Positions 24,301 through 39,300 of a DNA stretch of 64,000 nt are shown here, one piece after another. The stretch is from assembly GCA_021735655.1 (NCBI GenBank), contig JAIPGM010000001.1:32001-96000 (forward strand), given 5' to 3'. Position 1 is the first letter of the stretch. Every line of letters starts with the position of its first letter. The DNA comes from Candidatus Omnitrophota bacterium (GTDB lineage: Bacteria; Omnitrophota; Gorgyraeia; Duberdicusellales; 4484-171). A program made the translations under genes and the position numbers. The notes below the pieces were generated by a model, which ran no database searches, had not been told where the DNA came from, and was given only the letters and a program-made list of their open reading frames with translations.

Positions 24301-27300
24301 CTAATGCAAAGTTTGCTGCCCAAGATATTGGCTATCGTCTACCGAGCCATAGCATTTCGGATAATACCTGGTTTTCTTTATATAAACCGGAAGGAACTAG
24401 TAAGTTCGTTGGCGATGCTAATTTTTTAAGAACTGATAAGAATGCAGTTGCTTCAGTCCAACCGGTTTTTAATATTTTCGGTCATGATTTTCAGAGCATT
24501 TACAATGCCGAGTTAGTCAATGGCGGTAAAAACTTAAAACTTACGCCAAATACTTTGACCGCCGACGGCAATAGTTTTGGTCATCTTTGGATGGTGACAA
24601 CTGCTAGTATTGATGGTCAGAAAATTGGTAAGTTAAATACCGATGGTTTTATTTCTACTAAGATCACTGAAAGCATAGCTAATGGAAAGGTTACTCTCGC
24701 TGGTAATGATTGGGTAACTAAGAATTCTGTTTTTAACCCCGACGGCAGCAATTATGGACCTCTTTACCAAAATTTAAAAAGCGAACTGATTGGCGTTCCA
24801 GTTAATGGAGGACTTTTGGTTAATGCTAATGCTTCAAGAATTGTCGCTGGTGATGTTGGTTTGCGTATTGGACCAAGTCTTATCGGTAATTATCAGTCTG
24901 GCGATGGGCAACCTTTATTGCAGCGAGTCATTGCTGATCCTTCAAAAACACAAATTTTACGCAGTGACTCTTTTATTAACTTTTCAGCCAAGGGTCTTGA
25001 GACAGTTACGGATTATGCTAAGTTTACCGAGAGTTCATTAATTCATTTTTTTAATTATATTCAGAATACTTTTCCTGCTTCTAAAGATATATCAGCAAAT
25101 GATGCTTTTGTCGATCAGGTTCAAGCTAAAAATCTTATTGTTAATTACGATGCTAAAAGCGGAAAAATTAGCTATGATACCTTTAATCGTGGCGCTGACT
25201 TAGCTCAAGGTAATTGGCAGCGTCTTAAAAATGGCGATTCTTTTAATTCGGCAGCTGGTGATAATGTTAAATTAGCTAAATTAGATGGTAAGCTTTATCT
25301 TGAGGCGCTTAAGCCGATAAGTTTAACTAGCAACCATTCTGAAGTAGCTTCTTTTTTGCCGCCATTTGCTCAAAAGCTTGCTCAGGCCAAGCTTGAGAAG
25401 ATAGGGGGGGTTGATGTGGTAAAAGGAGCTAATTCAAAGCCTAACTCTGGGCAGGATATGTTAGCCTTGCCTCAGTCAGATCCGCTCTCTTCACTTGTTC
25501 CAACACTTAAGAATTCTAATATTGCTAATATTTTAATGAGTGACCAGGGTGTTGTTTTTGATTTATATAAAGGTGCTCATGCTACTTTTGATCCTTTAGG
25601 TGATGGCTTAAGCCCAGCAGCTGGTGTTTTTAACTATGATGTTAGCAAGGAAGGCTATTCAGTAGGTCTAGCTGGAAAGTATACTGCTCAATCTTTAGAT
25701 GTGAAGGATAGCGATGGTCAGTTGCAACATTTAGCTAAGACTGTGGTTTCTTTTGGCGATAATGGTAAGTTTGGCTGGATTGGTAACGAGGGTAAGGCTG
25801 TGCTTGGTTGGACTGACACTACAGCTGAAATAGTTTTACCAAAGATTGCTGAAGGAGGCCTAAAAACCGTAAAGAACGGCGAATGGACAGGGGCCGCTTA
25901 TGTGCCGGACGGTGAGTTGAATCGTTACGTATCGGTTTCTATAGTTGATGGATTAAACTGGGCAGTCATTGGGAATACTGAAGGTGAATCAGGAATAAAG
26001 CTTAGCTATGACAATAAGGGAGATTTAAGTATAAAAGGTGTAGACAGTCCTTTTAGGGTAGACCCGGCTAAAGTTAGTTTTGATTCAGTTCCTGAGATAC
26101 GTAGTCGTGAAGATATTATGATGATGACTCGCGGCGTGGGATTTACTGAAAAAGAGTTTAAAGCGATTACCCAGGCAGTACTTACAAAAGAAAACTGGGC
26201 TAAGGTCCAAGCCGGTGATTATGCTGCAGTTGCCGGAATTAAAGAGTTAAGTAAACTGCAAAATCCGCAATTCAGCCCTGAATACCTTAAGCTGTTAGGG
26301 GTCGATACTACTAAATACACCCCTGAACAATACGCTCAATTAGCGGTTAAGTTGTTTGTTGATGGAGTAAGAGATATTCCTGAATATGGAGTATTTAAGG
26401 CTTCTGGCCAAGGTAAGGTGGTTGGTTTTCGTACTATTGAGTCAGATGGATCTTTTAAATTAGCTTATGTCGATGGAACTGGCGCTAAGCGCGACATAGA
26501 TTTTACTCTTACTGGACTGCAAGGTTCAGGTTTACCAGTAACTCGTGATAAAAAAACCGGAGATTATACTATTGATTTAAGTCAAGTTGACGTAGCCAAG
26601 CTTCCTGGAGCTCAAGGATTTAAAGAGACAGTTGGCTTTACTGAGACTGCGCTTCAAGATGGTTCTACCGTAAAAACTCCCAAGCAAAACACTGGACAAT
26701 TAGAACTTTCCAAGGTTGATATTAATCAGGGCCAGATAAATCTTACTCTTAATAATTATCCTTATTTTTCAAAGGGCCAGGCTGGTAAGAGCGATAAGGT
26801 TTTGCCTTTAATTGATGGCCAAGTAGAAGTTTCAACGGTTAAGGATAGCTCTGGGGATAAGATGAATCTTTTTAGCCGCTTTAGCACTGAGAAAGGTCTT
26901 TCCTCGGTAAACGGAAATGTTCCTCAAGGTCTTTTTAACTATAAAAATTATCTCATTAAGAGCTCTGACGGTGAGTTTGTTTCTTTAGGTATTGGGCCGG
27001 GCTTACGTGAATTTTCTGATGGTTCAAAAATCACCCAAGCAATAACTGCCGATGGACAAAGAGTGATAGGTTATTCGGAAGGTTCTCAAATGAAGCCGGT
27101 ATTCGCCGAGCTTAGCCAAAAGAAGTCTTATGAATATAATCCTTTTATGAAGCTAGCTGCCGGCGAAAAATTAAATATCGGCGGCAAGGAAGTAATTGTT
27201 GGCGATAATATCACTTTGGCTGAATTTGCTAAAGCTAATAAAGTTTCAACGCTTGAGGTAATTAACTCCAATAAAGCTTCCTTTGAAGGAAAAGTTATGC

Positions 27301-30300
27301 CAACTGACACCATGGTTGTCTACGGTAATCAGGCTGTGTTCGATCGGACGCACACCATTGGCCCGAGAACTCCTTTCAATCGCGAAATTACCTTACAATA
27401 TGATGGTAAGAATTTTGTGGTGAAACGAGGTGAAAGCATTAGTGATGCCTTGATTGATGCAAAGATTAGTCTTAGTAATGAGAGTATAAAAGAGTTGATC
27501 GTGGCCAATAGCGCAACCCTTTCGGCTGAAGTGGGTACTTGGCAGCCAACTCAGGATACAATTGATAATAACAATATTGCTGCTGGTCCGCTATTTTTCC
27601 GCAGCCTAAGCAATCCCGACACTGATTATAAGGGATTAGCCTATCAGAAAACATCTTGGGACAATGAAATCGGCCTTAAACACTCTTGGGGTGGTGCAAT
27701 AGTTAATGAATCTGGCAGTAACGACTACATACCTTTATATATGCGTAATGTCTTTCATAACCCGAGTGCAAGTTTTATGAGAACTTACATTTCAAAGCTA
27801 CGAGCTGACGGCGTAACTGATATTGCTATGGCAAATAAGAGCTTGAGTGAATTAGGTATTAACCCTAGTCGTTTTGGCCTTGATGCTGAAGGAGCTGATA
27901 GAGTTATTGCCGGACTTAAAGCTAATCCCGAGTCAGCTAACGAAGCACTTAATCAAAGCCCTGAGGAAGCCTTGGTTAATGACTTAATAACTAGGGCTCG
28001 GCTTGCCAGAGTGGTTAGATTTGGTTCTGAACCAAACAATGATCCGCTCATGATGCTTAATGCTAAAGACTATGATTTTTCTAGTGCAGATAGTGCTGAT
28101 AAGCTTAGAGAGCAATTTTCAGAAATTTTAGATCCTACTGGTACAGTTAACGTTGCTAAATTTAGAGAAAAAGTTACAGAGGTCATGGAGGCCAATCGAG
28201 AAAAGATTGCACAGGCTTTAAGTAGCGGCCTTGATCCTGATTTTGAGAATTATAACAATATAGTAAATGCTGAGCTTGGTCAAGTAATATCTGGCAGGGG
28301 AGATTTAGCTAAATTTGATGTTACTGGTACTGACGAAAAAACTGGTCTATTACGTAAAGTTACTTATGCTTCCCAAGTTGATGCAGAAACTTTATTGAGT
28401 ACTCTAGGCATGAAAGGAACTCGGATTACAGTCGAAAGTGGTTTAGAAAATGCCCCCTTTGAAAAAGTAGACCTACAGAATTATTTAAGAAATTACAACA
28501 AACAAAATGGTGGAAAACCGATTGATGAGAATACCTCAGTGGCTGATTTACGGGCCAATCACCCAACAGTTTTCGATAACTATTTAATCCATAGCGAGGC
28601 AGTCCATCAGCAGATAATTGCCAATGGCCTCACCTTTACTGATCTTGATTTGGCTGGTCCGGATAAGTTAATGAATGGAAGTAGTAAGACTTTCTTTGAT
28701 GGGGCAATCAATATTGATCTGGATTCAGATAAGGTTGATAAAAAGGGTAATCCGATTAATTATGGCATTCTTATGGATAAAGGAACCGGAATGCTTGATA
28801 AAACAGTTACTTATCCGGATATTCTTAGCGATAAATTTCAACTTACCAAAGCTGAACAAACAACCCTTGGTCAGTTTTACGCTCGTCCTTCTGAGCATTC
28901 AGACTATGTAAGATTCTCTCAATTTGAAGCAAAGCAGATAATTAAGGATTTTGAGATGGCCGGGAAACATGTTGTTACTGTTGCTGATATTGATAAGGGG
29001 TTGAGTAATGTTAATACCTTAATATCTACAATCAAATTTGTTAAGGGGATGGATAGACCTAACAAACAGATTTTAATTGATATATTTAAGAGCCCTGAGG
29101 CTTTACGTGATTTTGTCTATGCTCAACGCGCCGCAAATGAACCTTCTTACCGAAAAGTTTGGTACTATCTAAATACTGAGTATAACAAAATAGCTGATTT
29201 TCTTAGCGGTACCGGGAATGAGCTTCGTAATTGGAGCGATGCTGACATTGCTATTCTTAGAGATGGAATTTTAAATTCGCTTTCATCAGAATATCGAGGA
29301 AAAGAATATCTAGCGGGTCTTGAGGCTCAATTAGCCCAATTGAAAGCAAAGATGGATGGTTCCGACAACAATTTTTTTAGAGGAGTGTTCGAACGAACTA
29401 TAAAGAATTTAGAAAGAGATATAGTCATTGCTAAAGAAAAGGCAAACAACCTTCCAATTGATTTGAGTGGTTTAAAAGGAGATGAATTAAAGCAAGCCCT
29501 AACTAATGTTAGAGCTTTTCTTTTAGAAGATCAAACACCGCAGAATATAAATTTAACTATATTAGAACAACAAAAAGACTTGCTTACCCAAGCTAAGAAT
29601 TGGAGTGAAGTTTATGACGAGGCCACTCCAGTGTCTATTATTTTTGATGAAAAAAGAGATATGACCTACGCGGTAACTGCTCGTGGCGAGCGACCAGGCG
29701 ATGGTGCCAGCGCTAATTGGTTCAAGCAGATGGGTGGTGATTGGGTGCTTCCGCAAGGAAAGGCCGATGCTTTAGGCCAGATAGCGCAAACAGTTTCTTC
29801 TTCTTTCGTAACTGGCGACTCTAATGGTGAATCTAAAACTTTTTCAGTACTATTAGGCAATATTAAAATGCCGGAAGCTAAGAACAATGCTAGCCCAAAT
29901 AGCTATGATTCACCAACGCCATTGGTTAATAGCGGTGCACTTAAGAGTGCAGTGATTCCCGGATCGCTCAAGTCATCAGCCTTAATCGGCGACGGTCAAT
30001 TTTGGAGTCACAAATCACCCTTTGATGTTGAGATTATAACTGATCCAAAGGCCCCAAGCTACACTAAAGCTTCAGAAATTCCTACTTATGCTCGGGCTTC
30101 TTCACGTAATATCTTTGGAGCAGCTGATTTCTTTGGCGGCACCTTATATGACACTTCAAAGAGCACGTCAAAGGCGTCTTTAAAACTTGATGCTCAACTT
30201 AATACTCCTAGACAATTAGTATTTGCCCTTAACAATGCTCTTTTGATACCTAATCTTTATACCAGAGGCGTAGGCTGGGAAGATTCTAATAATAATGGAA

Positions 30301-33300
30301 AACTAGATTCTAAAGAAAAAGTTAATCCTTCAGTTTTATACTTTAGCTCGAACGATTTATTTACTAGCACCAAGCTGATTCATTCAGATAAAGTTTATCT
30401 TGCTGAGAATTCTTTTGTATTTTTCTATGATGCTGACCATGACACTGACCCAATGACCAACCATGATACTGACCCACATCCTACCTTGCGTTTTAGTTAT
30501 GATTCTCAAACTGGTAAAATTAAATCAGAGTATCACGGGATTGGCAAGAATATAACTTTTCATAAAGAAGCTGGTGAACTTAATTTTGGTAACGGTGATC
30601 AAGGAGGTCTGGCTAAAAACTATCGTTTAGGTAAATACGGATTACATAAGGAAACTATTAGAGGAAAAGAATACGATAAGATTGATCCGAAAACAATAGT
30701 CGGGGCGCTTTCTTATCAAGGAATTAAAATGGCTTCAGCTGATCATACTAGATTTTTAGGAACTGAGGCTACTGTTTGGGTTGATGGGGGAAGGTTCTAT
30801 AAGGCAAATAACACTGACTATAATAAATGGAGCGAAGGTCCGGAAGTAATCGGTTGGGGCGCAACTTATGAATATGATCCAATGAATCATAAAGGAACTG
30901 GTATTAAATCCGAAGGATTAGTACTCAAGGGCAAGTTTAATATGGAAGGTATCGCTGAGCCGGGAATACTTAAAAGCATAAATATCCTTGGCTTGGAGAA
31001 GCCAAAAATCAGCACGATTATAATGCGGGTAAAGGCTCTTGAAAATGGGGGAGTGCTTGATGCTACCGCTAAAGTGCTTAAAGGCGAATCTTTAAACAAT
31101 ACCGAACGTTTGGGGATTAACCAACAAGCTACTCTAACTAGCTTAAGGGATGCATCTGGTCGTGAAGGTTTCTACGATGTTACTCTTGATGGAACTCATT
31201 TCTTAAGACACCATGGTGTAAGCTATGATGGTATAAATCTTTCACATACTATTGGGGTAGAAGGTAATGAGATTTGGCTTAATCCCAAACAAGCAGCAAC
31301 CTATGATTTATTAAGTAAGCTAACGCTTATGCGGCAGACTGAAACTGCCAATTTTACTGCTGTTTATTTGCCTTATCGAAATCCTACAACCCAAAAGCTT
31401 GAATATATCCACATGCTTCCCAAGAAGGGGGGTTTAGTTCTCACTGCGAAGGCTTATAAAAAAGCAATTAATGATGCAACTACGGTTTCACGTTTAAAAG
31501 AGAAAATGCTTAATTGGGCCCCAGCTCATACCCGCGACATAAATGGTAAGGAAGTCGTTGGTTGGTATGAATCTGCTCCAAGATGGAGTAAAAAAGGTAA
31601 TCTAGCGATAGCTATAAGTAAAGATGGGAAATGGACTTTAGTTCATGCTTCAGAGTTTGGTCCGAAAACAGTGACTACTAGTCAGATGAGTTTTGGCGGA
31701 TCGTTTACTACCTCGCATACTGTTCGAACCGGCTTTAACGCTGTGGTTATAGATTATTATAAGGATAAGAACAATAAACTTATTGTTCGTCGTAACAAAA
31801 CTGAAGTTGAGAAGAGCGCTTTACCGAAAAACTGGCAGGGTGATTTTTCAAAGAAAGATTTAAAAGAAGGCTTGGTTCAGGCGACAGGTAAATACGGAGT
31901 TGATCAGTTAGCTTTTGTTGAAAATGAAGCTAACGGCGCTACCAAGGCAAGTCGGGATGCTTTGGAGCGCAGAGCGGTTTATCGTGATGGTGTCAAGTAT
32001 TATCGCCTGCCGGTTGATGAGGCGCTTTTAAAAGATGAAAGAGGACGTGTAGGAACATGGGGACCTGGTAATGATGATGTTAAGGTTCTTTTTATCGATG
32101 AGAATGGTAAAGCAATTACTAAGTGGATCGATGGTGGCTCTGATGATTCAAATTTAGAAGATACTATCGAGGATTTCTATCAAGGCTACAAAGGGTCTAA
32201 TGAAAGAACAAGTGGTAAGTTAGAATTGGATGCAGTTCAAGAGATGTATGGTGAATTTTCACCAAACGATGAAAATGCTTATGCCGCACTCACTGGCCAA
32301 GGTTATGTCAAGCGGAATGCTTTAGGTGATCGTGACCCTAAAGGAACAACGAAATTTATACCGTTTGATGTAGATGTAAATCATTTAAAACTTGCTCCTA
32401 AAGGTGATGCGGCTTTGGCGAGGGCTTTGAGTGATGCTAATGGTAATGGCGTAAGAGATAATGCTTTATTTGTTGATGGCGATGGAACAAAATATTTAAT
32501 TCCTTGGGATGCCAAAAATCCTTTTAGTTTTTGGGATACTAGTTTTGAGCAAGCCTTAGAGGAAACCCGTACTAGCGATGTTTTATTCGTACTTCAGATT
32601 AATGCTCAAGATATCATTGATTTTGAAAAAAAGGATCCATGGACCGGCGGCATGAAAAAGCTTGCGCCATTTGCAGTCAAAAAGGATGGTGAAATCATTG
32701 CCTATCGTTTAGTGGTCAAAGGTTCACAAATCGTACCGGAAGGCAGCGACGGCATTACCGGAGAGACGGCTAATAGAATGAAATTAAAGATTGGTACTGA
32801 CCGCGGGTGGTTCTTCGGGGCGGGTCAAAGTCATTTTGAAACCGCTCTTGAAACTAATGCTGAAAATCAACATTGGGCTTTTGATAACAAACTGTATACC
32901 GAAGCGGTTGGGCGTTATACTAAAGGCTATGATTTTAGTCTAGATGATACTGCCATTGCTTCAATTGATACTGGAAGCTCAGGTGAATCTTCAGGCCGGC
33001 CTTACCAGGTAAGATGGCTTTCAGTGAATGATGCTACCGAACATTTTAAAGGTGGCTATTATGGCGAAGTTTCTAAAGAAAAGTGGGATGGATTTGTTGC
33101 TGACAACAAAAAAGTAATAGAGGTGCAAGACGAAGACGGCAAAGAGGTTAGAGAGGTTACAGTTGTTCCTTTACTTTTTAAAAGTGATAATATTTTTGAC
33201 ACCAGGGATGGAGGAATGTTTGACCGGGAATCAGATAATGTTGAGTTATTTGATCTTAATTCTAACAGTGAAGTAATTAGAACACAGTTTGCTGATGGCG

Positions 33301-36300
33301 GAACCTGGATGGATAGTAATGTAGAAGATGCAGCTGAAGATGCTATGCAGCCTACCGGTAACCTTGATTTTATAAATGAGTCTTGGAGTGGTTTAAATGC
33401 AAATAATTTTGCAATTTTAGGAAACAATGAAGCTTTTTATGTTGATGGTAAGTCGCTTGAACCTTATTTTATGGAGTTGTGGCATAATGATCCGGGTAAT
33501 CCTAACGTACTTGATCTTGTTTCAACTACCATGGCTGCCAATGATTATGTTGATGCTGTAACTTGGGGCTCAGCTGAGATAGCTGGCGAGGTTGTTTTAA
33601 CCGCAGTACTTTTCTTTGCTACACCTGGTCTTCCTGATGAGGTAGCTTCAGGTGGTGCCGCATTAAAAGGCGCGTCAACGATTTGGAGTGGTTTCAAGTT
33701 GGGCGCAGATGCTTCTAAGGCAACAATACGCACCGTCAAGGTGATGAGAACAATAAGAAATGGTTTGTATGCCTATAATATCGCCGGAGGAATTATGGCT
33801 GGGTATGCTGAGGCGAAGAACTGGGTGGTCCATGGTGAGTCACTGCTTGGCTCTGGTGAACATAGCAATCCTTTGGCTCTTGTAGATGCTTATAAAGATG
33901 CCGGACGTACGGCTTTTGTTATTACGGTTGCTATGGGTGCCGGAGGTGCTGCGCTATCGAAGGTTGCCAAATCAACTGGCTTATCAAAAGTAGCAGATGT
34001 TTATAAACATCTGCCCAACCTTGCTAAAATTCCGATTGGAATGCTTGGCCGTGCTGTTGGTTATGGATCATTGGGTGCCGGAAGAGCTGTTCTTTATGGT
34101 GATAACCCTGGTAGTGAGGAGTTTTGGACTCAAACTCTTGCAGCTGCTGCTATTGGGCAGGTTTCACCATTAATAAAGTTAGCTGGAAAAGGCATAAGAC
34201 GTGCCGGAGCACCAAAGCTTAATGATGCTGGAAATGCGATTAAGTCAAGCATCCCGGTTCGTTTAGCTCAAGCTACAGCTAGGACAGTTGGTAAAAGTTT
34301 ATATCGCAACAATGTTCCTTTTACTGGTGCCTTGGCTACTGGCGGAGCCGGAGCATTTAATGCTTGGGTCACTAATGAAAGCAATTATTCGGTTTATACC
34401 TTTGTTCAAGATGCCTTCATTGGTAGTTTAGCAGCCGGAGCTGCTAGTAATTTTGGCAAAGCTGTATTCAATTGGAATCAAAAGTTGAGCAAGCTAAATC
34501 CGGCAGAGTATGCTAAGGCTGAGGCAGCAGGTATTAAGAATATGGTTGGCGGCGTCAAACAATGGGCTTATCAAGGTTGGCCAGCGCTTTGGGCGGTTAC
34601 TGATCTCACTACTGAGGTTCTTAATAGAGGTAAGCTGGGCGGCTATGATATTGGCAAAGAATTCATGATCGGTGATTTAACCGCTAATACCGTACGTAAC
34701 ATTAACAATGTCGTTGCCTTATGGACTCTTTCTAGTAGTTTTGCTCAAGCTCGTGGTGCAGGCAAACATTCATGGTCGGAAGGATTTAAGAATCTTAAAG
34801 AAGGTTCTATTAAGCGTTTTACTGCTAGGGGTGATTTCTTGCCGATTAAAGGTCTTAATTCTCTTGAGTGGGGTTTAACCGCTGCCTTTGCTACTGGTTA
34901 TCCTACTTTTTATAAAAATTACCTTGGTTCAGATGCGTCTTGGAATTCTAAAGATTCTTGGTTTGGCCGTGATTTTTATCGCACTTTAAGTATAGTCACA
35001 ATAGGCACAAAACTAATTGTTCCGGGATTACGCGATACGCGCAATCTTTCTAGATCGTGGTTTATGGAAGAGCAGGGTGGAAAGCAAGTATTGCTTACGC
35101 CAATGAATCTTACAGCCAAGATGGTCGCTGAATCAGCTCGTCTAGTTAAAGATCTCTCGATCATGATGCCGCTTTTGCCGCATGTTCAGAATTATCTTTA
35201 TGAAAATAGTAGTGGTTGGAATTTTACTGATACGCTTCTTGGTGAGATGTTTGATATCCAGAAAATGCCGTCTGAAGTTTCCCGAGATGTCGTTGCTGCC
35301 ATTGAGGCCCTAAAAAAAGATCCATCTAAGGTAGATACCTTTATAAAGGAAAACATTAAAGATTCAGCTACCCGTGAAGCCTTAAGAAATAAGATCGATT
35401 TAATTAATAAGTCTTCTTTAGCTAATAAAAATCGCGAGATAAGAGAGTTAGTGATATCTACTTATACTGAAGATATGTTAACTGCTAGAAAAATTTCTAG
35501 TCATGGTATCGCCCGGCAGGCAATGGAATTAGGCCTTGATCCTAATGCTCCAAATACTTCGCTTTGGGATTTGCAAAAAAATATTGGAGTTGAACAGTTA
35601 AGAAATCAGCTTGATATTACAACTGGCCCAGAGCGTGAGCACATCTTGCAACAGATTAAAAACTTTGAACAAGCAACACCGTTTGAGTACAAGCTTAATG
35701 TGATGTCAAATTATTCATGGCAAGGTGCAATAACTGCTATGTACTTTGGTCCGACCATGCATTTTATAAGACCGATTTTAAACCCCGGTCTTAGTAAAAT
35801 GCCAGGCTTAGGTGAGTTTCAGTCGTTAGTTCAAGATTTCTTTGGTGATGGAGCTTTTATTGGCGATACGATGAGGAAAGTTGGTATAGACAGTATACCA
35901 TATATCGGAAAGCCAGTTGTTAACGCTGTTGGTAGGGTTATTGAATTCGGCGTTGAAGAAAATTTACGAGAAGTTGTCACTAATCTAGCATTTAGACAGG
36001 CCTTTGTTCAGATCGGCGGGTTTTTAGCTCCTCCGAGAAGAATGGATTATGCTTCTAATGCTGACTATTTTAGGGCTCAATCAGTTTATCAGCAGGCAAT
36101 GGAATGGATTGAGGAATCATTTGACGGTAAGGGGGTTTCGTTTGCTAGTGTCGCGGCTAATCTTAATTTAAATATTCCCACTCAAGCTCTTCAATCGCCA
36201 GGTAGTCCGACTAGTTCAGCTGTTTACGGTAGTGGAACCAGCCCTTTAAATAACGGCCGTGAATTAGCCACAGAGTTACTTACAGCTGAGGCAGATTATA

Positions 36301-39300
36301 CTGGTTATCATGATCCAAGTACAGTTGATATACAAACTGGTCCGGGAAGTTTTGCAACTTTGGCTGATCTTAGCTTGCCTTCATCAGGAACTCCAGCTGG
36401 CACTTCAGACTCAGCAAAAATAGTTTTAGTTCGTGGATTAACTAGGCAAACTGGTCAAGCTGACTTTGTTAATCCGGTTACCGGCGAAATTGGCATTGAT
36501 GCTTCCTTAGGAAAATATGATGCTTCTACTGGAAGGATAGCTCTTACCGATCAAGGTGGAGTAGCCGCACAACATGCTGCGGCTGAGTTTAGGGCGCACA
36601 GGGAAAACGCATCTAGAAAGGGTGTTTCATTAGAGGATTATAATACTTGGTTAGATAGTAATCCAACTGTGGCAAGAACAATCCATGATGGGGTTGTTTC
36701 TGATGGAGCCGTAGCACCGAGAAGTAATTTTGGTCTTTTTGCAACGCCGGTAGCTGATATTGTTGTTGAGGTTGGCGATAGACCAATAAAGATGAAGGGA
36801 ATAAAAGCTCCAGCTACAGCCGCAATTAATGGGATTTGGTCACTAAGCAGTGACAAGGAAAGAGTCACCACTTTAGATGGTTTAATTGGTTTTGTCAAGA
36901 GAGCGGTTATTCGAGATAAGGCTGCTGAGGTAAAGCTTAACACTGGCAGTGGTCAAATAGTCTTGACTGCTGACAATTTAATGGAATTAGAGATTTTAAG
37001 GGAACGTCTGGTTAATGTTCAAGGCAGTGTTAATACGGATGAGTTAATCAATAGAGCCCGTTATTCACAAGATAACGCGCGCCGTCTGGCTGCTCAACAG
37101 TCTTTAATTGAGACCCTTAACAATGATCAGCTATCAACACTTATTTCTGGAGAAGCAGTCGGTCAGTTAAAAATTGATTTTCTCCAGGAAGGTTTAACTC
37201 GAGCTATGGCTGGAAGGCCGAGTCAGCTAAGAAGAAAGATAGTTGGTGATGCTTTTGATAGATTAGGTAGTCGCTATAGAGATTTACCGCATGGGCTATG
37301 GTCTTTTTATCATTCTTTCCGATCAGCAATGAATCGGACTGAGTTCTATATGCATAAGGCTCAATTTAGATCTGACAGTGCACGTATAGATTTAGTTCAA
37401 AGGATTAGTGATTATCAAGATAGTCAATTCGGCCAAGGCGAGAGCAGCAGCCAAACTACGATTGCTTTGCAAGGTGTCTTACCTTATTATAGCCGTTATT
37501 TAAGGCGCGATGCTAATCGTCGCTTCTGGGCCCAGAAAGCTAACTCTGGTTTAGATTCTTATGGTCGCCTGTCACCATTACGATTGTTGCAATTAGCTGC
37601 CTGGAATCGGGAACTTAAATTAGCTGAATTCTACGTGGATGGATTTAAGACTGAGTTTGATGCTGAAGGTAAAATTGTAGTTAAGCCGCTAGACCCAACC
37701 AAAGATATAGCTTATGCTTTGGTCGGACGTAATGGAAGAGATTTTGATACTCCAATGCGCTGGGTTGAATGGCGGGCTGGTGATAAGTTGCAAGATTTCA
37801 TTTTCAGGTATGACCTTAAGGCTGATAAATTGCTTGAGTGGGCTTTTTATAAGGCAACGGATAATAGTGGATTGAAAACTTTAAGAAAGGCTTTAGGTCA
37901 TAGTGATGACCCTTATCCACCAATAGTTATGGAAATGAGCCAGCATTGGGGTGATCTTGATGATGACCCTGTTATTGCCCGTAAAAATAAACAAATTAAA
38001 GTTGCTAAGGTTTTTGAACCTGATTTTATTAGTGTTCCGGGCGTAGATACTCGTCGTCAATGGCCCATTGGCAAAGGACTAACCTTAACTCAAATCGATG
38101 ATAGCTTATATCAGTTAGAGGGAACATCTGATTCAGGAGAAGCGATTGACGAACCTATTGATTTTTCTGTTATAGGTAGTAGATCTCTAGAAGTGACAGT
38201 GGGCTCTGAAACTATCAAATTTTCTCGAGCTAAAAATAATGCTGCCATTGTAGTTACTAAAGCAGGAAAAGAAAGCAAGCTAACTGAGCACAATGTTCAG
38301 CTGTCTTTAAAGGTTGATGTTGATGGTAAAGAAGAAGAGATCTCAGTGACACTTGCAGAAATAGCTAGAAACGATAGCCTTTACCTTATATATCCTAGTC
38401 AGGCTCGAGGATATGATATTACAATTATTCATCGCAAGATGGGCGGACATCAGCTAACCATAAGGCCTTATGCCATTGATGTTTCTGGTAGTGATGATTT
38501 ATCGGATGTTGGTCCTCGTAGTTTGGTTGAAGATTGGAAAGATGTTTTACCTGAAGCAGAAGAGGCAACTGATAAACCTGGATTTAAGAAAGAAGCTGAT
38601 AAAGATGGTATTTTAGCTAGCTTAGAGGCCATCAGAGATGATGCAATGGCTGGCGATCCCGACGCTAGAGAAGCTTGGGGTCAATTAATTGATGATGGTG
38701 TGGCGGCTGGTCTTTGGGAATCTGCTAAAAAAGGTCCTAAATGGGATGGTTCTGGTCCGGCGATTAGTAGTATTGGAGAAGGTGACAATGGATCTGAAAA
38801 CCTAAGTATAGCTGGCAAATGGTCAAAACATCAAAAGATTAAGCAGATCGAAATGATAGTTCGTCTTAGTGATGGCCAGGAAGTTTCAGTTCCAGTAACA
38901 GTGTTTTATATTGAAGGTTTAAGAGCAAGCCATGTTGGTTTTTATGACGGAAGACCTTCTATATACTTAACTTACTATTCTGACTATTCACATGAGCTCG
39001 GTGAAATGCAGCGGCATTTACAGGCAATGGCTGACCTTGATTTATCAGCTACTAGCCGGACGGATATTGAGGAATATTATAGTAAGCTCACTCCTGAAGC
39101 CGCACGAGCTATCCATGATCAGGTTATTGGCGAGGCTATTGATGGTCTTATTAGTCAAGGTATTTTGCCGGGGAAGGATCCTTTGGCTGAATATGAGAAG
39201 TTTGTAGAGTTAAGGCATGCTCGTGAAGACCTTGAAAGAGCAACAACCAGTGAAGGTTTAGCTAAAGCTCACAAGAGGTTAAATGATTTATCTTTTGAGG

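Noticed and set aside
24790-25041. Short plus-strand ORFs in frames 1 and 2 inside the giant gene (24790, 28675, 38992, 40628, 52180, 52525)
   Set aside because: They are off-frame relative to the continuous frame-0 ORF. Their sequences are hydrophobic and Leu-rich, which is typical of out-of-frame translation.
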